The notes below the pieces were generated by a model that was given only the letters and a program-made list of their open reading frames with translations, ran no database searches and was not told the DNA's origin. Of a stretch of 34,508 nucleotides of DNA, positions 1 through 12,052 are shown piece by piece. This stretch comes from Atractiella rhizophila (taxonomy: Eukaryota): assembly GCA_021432655.1 (NCBI GenBank), contig MU271658.1, forward strand, positions 1-34,508, written 5' to 3'. Each line of letters starts with the position of its first letter. The first letter of the stretch is position 1. The position numbers and the translations under genes are program-made.

Positions 1-1383
1 GAGCCGGATTTGGTACATACGAGTCTACACACGAAATCCGTCTCTCGCGAAGCGTACATTCATCAGGTCGCTTCCTTCCAGGCGGCCTTTCCGTTCAGCA
101 ACAAATCTCATCACTGTGGGCATATCTTACTGGAGTGTGGAAGCTGTGAGTCATGCCTTAGGAGGATAGGGTATATCTTTTTTATCTTATTTGCGACTTC
201 AAGTTGGGATGTAGATACGCTGCCCATCGAACGGCATTGACTGAAACCGAAACGCTGAAGTGGGCTGAAGGCTGTGTATTCAAGTTGCTGAGTACCTTTT
301 TCATCCAATCCTACAGAATTCATCTTTGCGGGTTTCGAGTAAATGGCGCTTTCAGGTGACATGCCGGACGATATCCATTAACCCTTCTTTGTCAGGCACA
401 TAGCACTATGGGGAAGAATGTCTCTCTTTATGTGAATATCAGGCGACTGTGATCATTGATATAATTAACTTCTTTCTTCAGCTAGCAAAGCAAACATCGT
501 TCTTCCCAGCTCCGACAATGCCGTTGGCAGCTGAATTTGCTCCGAGTTCGTCAAGGGGAACATATGAAGTGCTAGATGTGCAACCCGCTATGCTAGTCTT
601 AGTTTTGAGTCTGTACTCTCGTCGTATCTGTCGAGCTCTGCAGATGGAGTAGCGTTTTTCTTTTTTGGAGTCTCTGAAATTAGACTGAGGGTATGTGAGC
701 GACAATATGAAAGTCAGAGGTTCCTAACTCTAGATCATTCACAGATGAGACTGTTTCAGTTTCGTGTTCCCGTCATCCCTTCTTACTGCCTTCCTTTTTC
801 GACATGAGACATGGACCAGCATTGACCGTAGAACAGACTCGAAGAGACGAAAATGTGAGTACAGCATAGGGGAATGATCCCAAGACTACTCGGCCGTAAC
901 ATATGGCTCCGCAATATGTGCAGCTTCACGTCCTTTAGTTAATTCAACATTTCAATGTTTGAAACCCCCTGAAAGCTGGAGTATTCTGGAGTGCCAGTCG
1001 TGACGCCTTCTCGCGTGGATCCCACTTCGTGTCCTAGGCAGAGAGGGAAATGTGAGCAGACTTGTGGAGACCTGAAAGAGTGCCCCAAGGGATTCGCTTT
1101 GCAGCGCCGAAGCTAGTGAATTTGTAGACTGCTAATTTGTAGATTGCAAGGACGAGAATAGTGAGTGCGCTTTTGTATGATTTATACACCAATTCAATCT
1201 TCATTCAGTAATAGTGATTGTTCTTCATGAATAGGTGCTTTTGCAAACGAGGAAGATGATCATGTGGACGTGATGCGACGTGCTCGACGCGGTCTGAGAA
1301 AGTGATCTCGATGTGAAACATTTTCCTGTCTCACTCATCATCAGCTGATCCACATAAGATGCTGTTTACCCTGCGCGCCAGCC

Positions 1384-1390
1384 TATAAAA
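1384..1390 (+). promoter_or_regulatory. TATA box upstream of the secreted-protein gene, followed by a CT-rich tract
   Basis: TATAAAA at 1384-1390, then a pyrimidine-rich stretch at ~1390-1450. A probable 5'UTR intron follows (GTAAAC ~1555, branch GCTGAC ~1778, CACAG 1800) before the ATG at 1889. Confidence 0.55.
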
Positions 1391-1888
1391 CCCTTTTCGT
1401 TCCCAGTCCGTTTCTTTCTTTCCTCTCCTCCTCAACGCATCTTCCTCTGCTCCAGTTTGCCACTCGCATACATACTCAATACCAGCAGTGCTCGGCTTCA
1501 GTCTCAGTTCAGTGTCATTTCAGTGAATCGAACAAGGCATTCGTTTTCTGCGAAGTAAACAGAAATTTTAGTTGATCTAATATTTCTCGCGGTGGGTCTC
1601 TTGCCTCTTCGTATATGAGGTGTCATTCTCGAACTGCATTTTCCTCTCTCCCTATCGATCAGCTCCCTCGCTTGGAAAGTCTCTTGAAATGTCTCCAACA
1701 CATTCACTTCCTCGTTCAATATCCCCCGAACGATCTTGGTTGACATCGGTCATTCTTTGTATCTGAAGATTGGAAAGCTGACATTTGTTGTTATCCACAG
1801 CGAGTCTCCCTCAGTTTCAGCCATCTAACGCAAAGTCCACGCAACTACCTGGTCATTCAGCTCTCAACCCCAATCCCAAGTCATCGAC

Positions 1889-4677
1889 ATGAAGGTTTCG
1901 ACTCCTCTTCTCATCTCTACCCTTGCTTTCACTTCTACCACTCTCGCGGCTCCTACTCCCTCGCCTATCGCTTCTCCCAATCCCTCAGCTGACGACTTCG
2001 AGTTCGTCAAATCGCCGAGGAGTCACGATGCACGCTTTTTGGGAATCGGTTACAGGCGTCCGGGAGTGCAGAAGAACGCCAGGAGCGTTAGTGCAGTTGA
2101 GAGGAAGAGTTCGAAGGAGGTCAAGAATAGTGTGTTCTCTCCCATTATAATAGTGTTTGCCGGAATAGATACTGAATCGTTTGCGGGATGGAGCAGAGAA
2201 ACGACAAGTTTCCGCAGGAGCCAATACGCAGGCTCCAGCTAGTCCGGTTGGGCTTCCGTTCGACGCTCTGAACGGCTTAGGTTTGGGATCGCCCTTAGGT
2301 GCTGGCCCAGGCAGTGTTATTAACGGGGTTGCTGGCGGCATTGGTGGTGAGCAAGGATTGCTGCAAGGGTTGACAGGTGTGAGTATCGGAGGTACACTAA
2401 ACGGGTTCGTCTCCTTCGTCCTTCCTTTTATAGTCCAAGCCGTGAACTTGTTGGGATAGTCTTCCGATTCTCGGAGGGACTCTCCAATCGGTGACAGGAA
2501 CGCTCAATGGGCTTCCTCTCGTCTCGACTCTAGGTCTTGGCCTGGGAGACGCTCCGCGATCCCTGGGTCAGACCCTCGATGGTCTTCCGCTCGCAGGTCC
2601 GCTACTTCAAGGACTCACCAAACCGGCTGGCGACCTTGGTTCCTCTCTGCCCGTGCTTGGTGGCGTTATCTCTGGTCTCGGATTCGGTAGCGATCCGGTC
2701 CAAAGCGGAGGAGTCCCTAACTTAGCGAACGTGGTGAAGAACCTTCCAGGTCCTCTGCAGGCAGTCTTTAACGCGCTACCCCCTAGCGCTCAAGCCCAAC
2801 TCAGCGCCCTCCCAACTGATCAACTGACGATGGTGCTCGGCCGTCTTCAGGCCCAAACCGGAAGCCTTACTGGAGTCGCGGGTGGAGCTGCTCAGAGCCT
2901 TCCGGTGGGAACCGTCGCGGGTGTGGTTGGTGGTGCTGCTCAAAACCTTCCTGTCAATACGGTCGCGGGTGTCGTTAATGCTGCTGCTCACTCGCTCTCG
3001 GCAAATACGGTGACAGGCGCAGCAGGCTCGCTCCCCCAAGCGTTTCCGGTCGATACGGCGAAGGGTCTCGCTGCATCTGCTCCTCAAATGCTCCCAACCA
3101 ATGCCGTGACCGGTGCTGCTTTTGGCGCTTCTCAGCAAGTGCCAGTGGATACAGCGAAAGGAGCAGCGGGTGATAAAGTCTCTCAGGTCAAAAGTCAGCT
3201 CGATCCGAAATTGCAGACGGTTTTCTCTTCACTCCCAGGTCCCGTTCAGGAGAAGCTCGCGTTGCTGCCGATTGATCAGGTGAAGGCGATATTGTCGACA
3301 CTGCCGCTCCCAGTCAACCCTGGCTCCCAACTCCCGTCTCCCAATGCTCTATTGAATGCGCCAGATGCGGTTAACGATGTGGCAACGGACAAAATCGACA
3401 GCGTCAAGAGCCAACTCGACCCCAAACTTCAAACAATCTTCTCAGCCCTACCTCCGGATGTTCAGGCAAAATTGTCGCTGCTCCCAATTAATCAAGTATC
3501 TGGATTTTTGGCTGGGATGAAGGACGGAGTGATGGGTTGGGAAGGTGGCGCGGTTGGGGATGCTGGTTCGGTGGCCGGAATCATGGAAGGTCAGGCTGGA
3601 CAAGTGATTGGAAAAGGTTTGTTTACATTATTTTGCTCTTTGGCGATTTGACAGGAACTGTTCGTAGGGCAATCAGTCGGCGGATTCGTAACCGGAAATG
3701 CCCCAGTCGATGTATCTACAATCCAACAGCTCTTTGGTGCCGCGGGAATACCTCTTTCATCCCTTCCTCCCTCTCTGCTCTCGCAACTAGCACAGACTGG
3801 CTCTCAGCAGCAACCTCAGCAAGTCCCATCCTCCCTCCTCGCTCAAGCTCATCAGCTAGCGGACGGTCCCCATCTTGCTGGCACGGTTGCAGACGCCTTA
3901 AGTGGTGTTCTCAATGGTCTGCCTGCTCCTCTCCCCGCTGTCGGTGGAATAGTTTCTGGTGTCGCTGGTGCTGTCGATGGAGTATTGGATCCTGTTCTTT
4001 CCGGTCTTGCCCCTCCAAAAGCTTTCTTAGATGCTGACGGAACGATGAACGACAACTCGACCGCGACCACGAGCACGATGGAGAAAGGGGGAATAGCTAA
4101 TGCGACCTCATCCAGCATACCACCAGCTTCCACTGGCGTTGCCGCTTCCGGTGGCGCCATGGCTTTCCTGGATGTAGCTCAGTCGTCCTCCGCTTCCGTA
4201 TCTCAGTCAACTGTTTCTCCTTCTTCTGATCCGACCGGCTCGTGGGTTGCAATGGGACCTAAGGCAACGGCTCAGGCATTTATCGACGATCTGGAGGATT
4301 CCGAGATCTCATCTTCCTCCGCTCCAACAGAAGAAACCAGCTCGTCAAGCTCAAGTGCGACTCCATCAATCAGCATCTCTTCCGCCGCTAGTTCGACCCC
4401 TGTTACTCCCGATGGGACGACCTTTGCCCAGTGGCAGAACGAGGGAGAGCCACAACCTCCTGCTGCTTCTTCCTCATCCGCTGGATCAACCCCTGTGGCC
4501 AGTGCTCCTCCTGCTCCAGTGGAAGAGAACCCCAAGACAAAACGGGGTGCTGTCGTCGGTATTCAAATTCGTCCCCCTTTGAACAGAAGGTTGGCGAGAA
4601 AGAGTTTTTCTCCGAGACCAGATGCGGAAGAGTATGAATTCAAGAGGAGGACATTGGAGGATATTGACGAAGAGTAA
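1889..4677 (+). CDS. Secreted Gly/Leu/Pro/Ala-rich repeat protein (~871 aa, 4 exons), function unknown
   Basis: Signal peptide MKVSTPLLISTLAFTSTTLA|AP. Exons 1889-2129, 2197-2404, 2460-3616 and 3668-4677 join in frame through GT..AG introns. Splicing creates a KKR|Q Kex2-like site. Internal repeats and a Ser/Thr-rich C-terminal region. Confidence 0.8.
2878..3165 (+). repeat. Six tandem 48-nt (16-aa) coding repeats
   Basis: AGGAAQSLPVGTVAGV / VGGAAQNLPVNTVAGV / VNAAAHSLSANTVTGA / AGSLPQAFPVDTAKGL / AASAPQMLPTNAVTGA / AFGASQQVPVDTAKGA. Confidence 0.8.
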
Positions 4678-4961
4678 ATTATGGCTATCTATCCTGTTAT
4701 GTTATGGATATGTTCCTGCATGTATTGGTAAAGTATTGTAGTGCCTGTGCAATGAGAGGACGATGCGCTATCTCTTATCATCTCTCTTATCCGCAGCTAA
4801 GAAATCTTGAAGTACATCTGCTATTTCGATTGAAGTGGAGCTGACCGTATCAAAACCGAGGTGACATAGCTGATATGCAGCGTGCAAATCCATTGAATGT
4901 TCAGCGAATACAACAAGAATTATATCAAGAAATGCATAATGAATAGACGGAACGCAATCCT

Positions 4962-7900
4962 TCAGGTTGGCTTGAAGATATTTGTGAGCGTTGGCCGGAA
5001 GTCTGATATTTTGGGGCTAGACGGAGGGGTAGGCAAGATATTTTCCTTCAGGCACGATTGTTAACTAAGGTGATCGCTCAAAGCAAAGAACAACTTACAA
5101 AAGCTTCACGGCCCTTTTCAAGAGTTTCCGCGAAATCTTCAAGCGTAGGAGAGATGCACCGGTCGGTATCGAGAAAAGCCAGAACTTCCTGTCATACGGC
5201 TCGAAGTTAGTGCTCTAGCTCTGAGGAATGAATACATTGGAGAACGGACTGTGGGATTCTCCTGCTCTTGTTCCAGCGCCGATATTCGCCTTGCAGTCAC
5301 AATACCAGACCACGCGAGATGTTTTGCCATACCAACAAATCTGCCAAAAGATGACGGTGAGCAAAAGTCGAAGGCCAAGGTTCAGATCAGGCTCACCGCT
5401 TCAGATCTTGGTCATAGGCTGGGAACCGTTTCACCCATCCGGCGAGGTATCTCCATCCTCTCGGCAGACTGTCGTATATGGTAAGAGGCCCAGTGAGACG
5501 GCCGAATCGTCTCGAGAGCAGTGGGTCATTCTTGCCTTCTTCCATCGCCATTATAAGATTCATCAATCTGAATGTGGAAGCGATATAGAGGTCCGACATT
5601 CTTTCGAGCTCTTTCAGAGCCTTCCGGAGCTTGGACGAGTGTGGGAACTTGAGGACTGCACATTGAGCGAGTTCGGTGCAGATGAAGATGTTGCGGGATT
5701 CTTCTTTGTGGACGGTGAAAGACAGAGGGAAGGGCTCCTCCTGTTCTCCATCCATGAATATCGGAGGATGACCTTTCCGTTCAACATCGACGGTCGGATT
5801 GGTGGGTGCAGGTGCGGGCTTGAAGTTCTCTTTTCTCCATATCCGATAATTCTGTATGTACCTAGTCAATCTTGATATGCTCTCCTCTATTGCTTCCATA
5901 TCGGCAGTCCCCGATTCCAACGCGACTCCTACGCAACTTGGGTGAGTGAATGTCGAAATGGCGAGGAGGCACATACTGACATAACACAGGTGTCGACGAA
6001 TGCCATACAAAGCTCCCCAATATGCATTTTGTCGTTCTGTGGTGGAAGAAGGAATGTTCTCATCTTTGAAGTATGACGGATCTACGAAGAACTCTGGTAT
6101 GTAGCCTGGGACATGGAAATAGCGTAGAACTTCAGCGTCGGTTCTATTATCCAGTTCAATGGTCTTACACTGTAAATCCTCTGGGTGTGGAGGAGACAAC
6201 TCACATCAGGGGAATGCCACCGACAAGACCAGGGCGCGTTCGAAGGTCCATATCTGCCATAAAGAGGAACTCAAAATAATTGTACACGAGCTCTTCCCGC
6301 GGTGGCACCTGCTCCTCTTCCCCAGCAGTGTTCTTTTGATGGGAACCAGCCGAGCGATACAAGACTTTGAAATGTTGCATGCCTAATCGGAGGAGTATGT
6401 CTCCTTCGCCGACGTCTACCATGGCGAAGATGTTGATGAAAGAGTTGAGGAGATGTACGATGATTGACAGGGAGGGGATGGTCGCTTGGCGGAGTGAAGA
6501 TTGGCTGGCGGCGGCGAGGGAGAGACATTGGGCTGCCAATGTCGCCACCGCATAGTGCCGTTCTCGTCCTTCGAAAATATTCCCTTTCAGATTGGTATTT
6601 AGGAGGGCAGGAAGGAAAGCGAACCATGTGCTGTCAGGTCCAGAGGTTTGTCTCGCAGAGTCGTCTCATCCATGAATATCGGAGGATGACCTTTCCGTTC
6701 AACATCGACGGTCGGATTGGTGGGTGCAGGTGCGGGCTTGAAGTTCTCTTTTCTCCATATCCGATAATTCTGTATGTAACCAGTCAATCTTGACATGCTC
6801 TCCTCTATTGCTTCCATATCGGCAGTCCCCGATTCCAACGCGACTCCTGTGCACCTCCGGTGAGTGAATGTCGAAATGGTGAGGAGGCACATACTGACAT
6901 AACACAGGTGTCGACGAATGCCATACAAAGCTCCCCAATATGCATTTTGTCGTTCTGTGGTGGAAGAAGGAATATTCTCGTCTTTGAAGTATGACGGATC
7001 TACGAAGAATTCTGGTATGTAGCCTGGGACATGGAAATAGCGTACAACTTCAGCGTCGGTTCTATTATCCAAATCAATGGGTCTTACACTGTAAATCCTC
7101 TGGGTGTGGAGGAGACAAAGACAACTCACATCAGCGGAATGCCACCGACAAGACCAGGACGAGTTCGGAGGTCCATATCTGCCATAAAGAGGAACTCAAA
7201 ATAATTATACACCAGCTCTTCCCGCGGTGGTACCAGCTCCTCTTCCCCAGCAGTGTTCTTTTGATGGGAACCAGCCGAGCGATACAAGACTTTGAAATGT
7301 TGCATTCCTAATCGGAGAAGTATGTCTCCCTCGCCGACATCTACCATGGCGAAGATGTTGATGAAAGAGTTGAGGAGATGTACGATGATTGACAGGGAGG
7401 GGATGGTCGCTTGGCGGAGTGAAGACTGGCTGGCGGCAGCGAGGGAGAGGCATTGGGCTGCCAATGTCGCTACTGCGTAGTGTCGTTCTCGTCCTTCAAA
7501 CATTGTCCCTTTCAGATTGGTATTTAGGAGGGCAGGAAGGAAAGCGAACCATGTGCTGTCAGGTCCAGAGGTTTGTCTCGCAGAGTTGTCTCCGGTACTT
7601 TAGAGAGTGATTTCGAACCCAATATTGCCTGAAGTATTCCATCAGTACGTTTCAGAGAGCTATCTTGACGATCATTGATCTTCAGATCAGCTATTTTCTC
7701 GTGATATCAAACAGAAGCTCGGAGAAATAAAATGCAGCTGCTTTGCTTCTTGTAACTAGATGCAATTCTCGACAGCGCCGCCGTCAGAACTTAACCAATT
7801 CCGCTAACAGTGCGAGAAACTTGTGATGATAATGAAGCAACGAAAACGGAACGCACCGAATGAGGCGACAAGGCAGCCGCCCTCGTCAAGCAATAAGCGA

Positions 7901-8636
7901 ACCAAATGTCCACATGAGCTCCGAGCGGTTTCTGGTCCGTCTTGAGGGTATGAAAGTCAGCCCAGGTCGTTGGATACTCTGGGCCGATGGGCATGGACTT
8001 GTGTGGACGGAGAGACATTTCGAGCGAGGCTAAGGAACAGAGGTGGTCTCCTAGTGAGAGGGCGAGTTGGAGGCTGTTTAGACTTTGTCCAGCGAAAGCA
8101 AAGCATAATGATTAGCTGTGTGAACACTGTGGAAGAAGGGTGAAGAAGACGAACCGCCCGTTGATTGAGGTGAAGCGCAGATTGACGACCCGCAAGAGAG
8201 ACTTGGACAGCGCGTTCTCCCCTCCTCTCGCTTCCTCATGCACCTCGCTCGGGTCCTCGTCCCTTCTTTTCTTCGCCGCCTTCGTCCTTTCGCTCACAGG
8301 TTCCGCGACCCTCTTCCTCTTCGTCTTCAGTTGAGTAACAGGTCGTCCAGGTGCAGGAAACGAGATGGCACATCTGCATCAGGCCGAGAAGGAAAAGGTC
8401 AGTCTCAGCCTTCTGAGAGTTAGGAGAGATGGAAGAGCTTACGGCTCTCCAGCCTCCTTGCACCCACTGCAGGGCACACGAAAAGCCTGATCCACAGGCT
8501 TCGTACACTCCAACCCGAGGGAGGCGCATCGTTCGCAGCGGAACTCTTCGGCGTGCAACGCGCCGATGAAGCGTCGAGGGAGCTCTTCGTCGCGCTGATC
8601 ATGATCGGCTGGATCTGCATGGGCTGGCCTGGCCAT
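4962..8636 (-). CDS. Zn(II)2Cys6 fungal transcription factor, multi-exon, with an internal tandem duplication of its middle region
   Basis: Removing intron 8442-8374 completes C-ER-C-ASLGLE-C-x11-C-SG-C-KEAGEP-C (CX2CX6CX11CX2CX6C), followed by a basic NLS-like KTKRKR. Introns 8154-8083 and 7856-7629 join this to ..AALSPHS|AILG..DLTAHG|RERHYAV. The ORFs at 7126-7503, 6599-7129, 6201-6548, 5393-6199 and 5139-5378 are further exons. The last exon ends ..IFKPT* at 4962. Confidence 0.75.
5749..7592. repeat. Direct tandem duplication, ~920-bp unit (5749-6667 and 6667-7592)
   Basis: CATCCATGAATATCGGAGG starts at both 5749 and 6667. Both copies end ..TTTGTCTCGCAGAGTYGTCTC. Scattered substitutions and a 7-nt intronic indel. 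Confidence 0.95.
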
Positions 8637-9106
8637 TGCTGTGATGGAGGTTCATATGGAGCTCAGGCTGGCCAAGTAGGGAGGTCAAGCGGATGTTATG
8701 TTGTGTGGATGCGCTGCGCTTTGCGAGGCCACAGACTCATCCTGTCTTCGCGCTGCATGAGCGGCCGCCTTAATTCCGCCGAGACATTGAACAGGGTCCT
8801 CCGCCCTCCGCCGCGATGGCTTTGTTCACAGCTCGGGAGCGCAGAGCGAGATCTCCATCACATGTGTTCAACTTGTACTTGTTTGAATGAACCAGAGCAG
8901 AGCGCGAAGCATTCGAAAAACCATTAGACATTGGCGGACACAACTACTACGGCACTGTCCAACTGTTCATGGGTGGAGCTTACGCAGGAGGAAGATGAGG
9001 ATTGTTCTATCTACTGCGTATGTGGTTTTGCCATCGAGGAATACTTTTAGCCATGAATTACATGCCATACTTAGGTACTGCCAGCTCCACCAACAAACAC
9101 CAAGAA

Positions 9107-10186
9107 TCACAGCGCAGTTCCTCTCTCGAAATTGTTCCTAATCTCCTCCGTGTATTTGTTGTAATACCTCTCCAGCTTCTTGTTGAACTGTTTATTCTTC
9201 TCGTTGATGTAGGTCACGTCGCCTTCATCCTCGTTCTTTCTCTTCCTCGAATGCTTCGCGCGCTTATCCATCCTGTTCCCGTCCGAAACAATCAGTCTCC
9301 ACCATACATAATAGAGAACGGGCGTATCGAAGTAATAAGAGGGGATGTAGAGGTGTGGAAAGACGTACACATTATTCATATGTCCAATGACCCTGTCCAC
9401 CTGATCCTCAGTCGGCTTATGGTCTGCATACACAAACGAATTCGCATCCCGATACAGATCCTCTGCTGCCGTCAGTGCGGTCGATTTGCCATCTGCGGAG
9501 ATGAGAGAGGACGAGGAAGCGGCAATGGCGTCCCGTTGAGCGTTGTACGACTTCATGTCTGGCTTGAACTTGTCGATATCCTTCTTATACACTCGGCGTG
9601 CCACATCGTCGTAGTCTGTCATCGCCAGCGCCAGCAAGAGAAATCAACACTCATTCCCAGCCCAGACAATGACGAGGTATCAGATAAGGGGAGAAAACGA
9701 CGTACCTGTGAATTCAAAGTCCCCTCGACTAGCCTTCCGCTTCTGTTTCTTCTCCCATCTATCATTGTCCTCAATAGAGTAACTCCAATTCTTCTTCCTC
9801 TCAGCATCACCCTCCTTCCCCCCTTCAGCAGCCGTACTCCGCTCCTCTATCTTCTCTGCCTTTCGCTTCAACCGCTCCAGCCTCAACCGATCCTTTGCGG
9901 AGGTATGCGACGTGTTTGCCTCCTTCAACATGTCTCTTCGGTTCGCGAGCAGAGATTCGTCCTGCATGTCCAGCCAACACCAACTGATAGTCAGCTTCGT
10001 CTCTTGCTCCTCGAACCGGTCAGAAGGGTGAAAGACGTACCATCCGCACCCGTAGCTTCTTCAGTCGAGCTGCCCGACTGTTGCCCTCCCTGTGTCCCCC
10101 GCCTCCTCCTCACTCTCGACCTCTTCAACTTCTTCTTCAGCGGAAGCGGAAGGGGCGGAAGACTCGTGTTCTTGTTCTGGAGCCAT
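9107..10186 (-). CDS. SYF2: Pre-mRNA splicing factor SYF2 (NTC component); apparent 1-nt frameshift in exon 1
   Basis: C-terminus DVTYINEKNKQFNKKLERYYNKYTEEIRNNFERGTAL and motif WSYSIEDNDRWEKK are characteristic of SYF2. Introns 10040-9962, 9705-9616, 9368-9273. Confidence 0.92.
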
Positions 10187-10357
10187 GTCACACGCTGACG
10201 TTATGGTTTAGATGGAATCAAGGCAGAAGCAAGGGCTTGTTGAAAGACGAGTTGGTTGGTGTTGTGTGGCGTTGATGAGAGTTGATGCACTTGATGCGGC
10301 TTATCTGATTTCCGTTGAGAAGTGAAGTGACCACTTCTCAACAAGGAACGATTTATC

Positions 10358-12052
10358 ATGTCCGAAGAGCCAGTTCCAGCTCCAAAGGCTGTAGAGAATG
10401 TCTCTACAGAAGCTCGTGAGTCACTCTCTTTTGGGCAGTTTTATTTCGAATCTTATTGTGATTCCAGCGATAACTGCACCTGAGCCTAAGGCTGAGGCTG
10501 AGGCGCCAGTCACAGCTGCTCCCCCAGCTCCGACATCAGAAGAGAGTACGTGCTTATTGCTACACGATCTGAGGAACAGGATCGATTGGAAACGTGTGAT
10601 GCGATGTGACAGAGCCAGCGGAAGTGGCACCCGAGAACGCTCCAGCTTCTATTCCTGCCACTTCATTGGAGGAATTCAAAGCTTCTTCGAAGAGCGCGAT
10701 CGGCGCGAAGTGGACGGAAGAGGAATGGTCGAAGGTGTTTGAGCTGTCTGTGCGTCCTGCCTGTCCTATCAAGAAGTAGGAATGTAGTGCTGATTTGATG
10801 TGATGCATGGCGTAGGAACGAATCAAGCTTCCTGCCTTCTATAATGAGTTGGCCATCGAGGGAGTAAGCCGTGGAGACCCGCTCAAAATTTGGGGAGTGT
10901 ACCTTAATCCGAAGAAAGAAGCGGCGGGAGAGGAGAAGGCGAAAGCTGCTGTCGTTTTGTGGAAGTTCATGAAAGCGAAGCAAGTTTCTCCGTCGTCTCC
11001 TTCGTATCCCCAACTGATTCTGAAACTCATCGCTGTTCCCTGGGATATACAGTGAGCCAGACACCGCGAAAGCGTATACACAGCTAATCAGCACCCTCAA
11101 ATGGCGAGCTTCCTTCAAGCCTGAGGAAACGTTGAAAGAAGAGTTCCCTAAAGATGTTTTTGGGCGGTTGGGCTTCTTAGGAGGAAAGACGAAGGATGGC
11201 GTACCCGTGGTAAGTTGCTGCCCTTCATGATTTAGCTTCTGTTGTCGTTATTGAGAGCTATGATTGACTGATTGGTGGATGATAGACGTACAACATATAT
11301 GGAGAGGTCAAGGATACAAAAGAGACATTTGGAAATTTAGAAAGATTCATTAGGTATTTTATCTTGCGTTTTTCCAATGCACAGAATCTGTGGAAAATGC
11401 TAATAATTTTACCACAGGTGGAGGGTCAGCCTCATGGAGCTAGTTTGTCTTTCTCCATCTTGAAGTGTCCACTTTCTCAAGAGAAGAAAGGGTATCGCTC
11501 AACTTGACTTCCTCACCACCTCCACCATGATCCAGATCCACGACTACGCCGGCGTAGGAATCTTCTCTTCTGGTCCGTGTCCCTCAACCCTACCAATGCT
11601 TCCGCTGTATTCAGGTTGGATTGACTTTGCCTCTGTTGCAGGCAGAGACCAATATACCAAAGCCGCTGCCTCAGAAGCGTCAAAGCTATTCGCAGACTAT
11701 TACCCGGAGTTGTTGGAGGCGAAGTGGTTCTTGAATGTGCGCGAGCTTCTTCCTCGTCATCAGGGGCTATCTCTCACGCCTTCACATTACGTTGTGTTAT
11801 GCGTCCAGGTTCCAACAGTCATGTCGTGGCTCTTCAAGTTTTTCTCCAACTTCCTCTCCCAGCGCACTCTTGACAAGGTACTCATGTGTCCTCAGTGCTC
11901 ACCTCTCGGTTCATGGTTACTGACATATGTGACAGTTCAAAGTCATGGGTCCGGATCAGAAATCAATCCATGCTGAACTGAGCAGGATAATCGATGACGA
12001 ACAGCTCCCGAAGAAATTTGGAGGGAATGCAGCCAGCGTATTAGATGAATGA
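10358..12052 (+). CDS. SFH5: Phosphatidylinositol transfer protein, CRAL-TRIO/Sec14 family (Sfh5-like), many introns
   Basis: Exon peptides KIWGVYL..VLWKFMKA, TLKWRASFKPEETLKEEFPKDVFGRLG, YNIYG, FIR|WRVSLME, MIQIHDYAGV, FADYYPELLEAKWFLN|VPTVMSWLF, LPKKFGG match Sfh5. Exact boundaries of some small exons are uncertain. Confidence 0.88.

Noticed and set aside
1..820. Short minus-strand ORFs that might be exons of a gene running off the window edge
   Set aside because: I could not join them into a stop-free model or recognise a family.
7629..7856. Apparent stops/frameshift suggesting the Zn2Cys6 gene is broken
   Set aside because: Explained by one 228-nt intron (GTGCGT..ACTGAT..CTTCAG) that gives a sensible HS|AILG junction.
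9002..10198. 398-aa plus-strand ORF
   Set aside because: It lies exactly antisense to SYF2. Its Leu/Val-rich composition is what the reverse complement of Lys/Glu/Asp codons gives, and it has no recognisable motifs.
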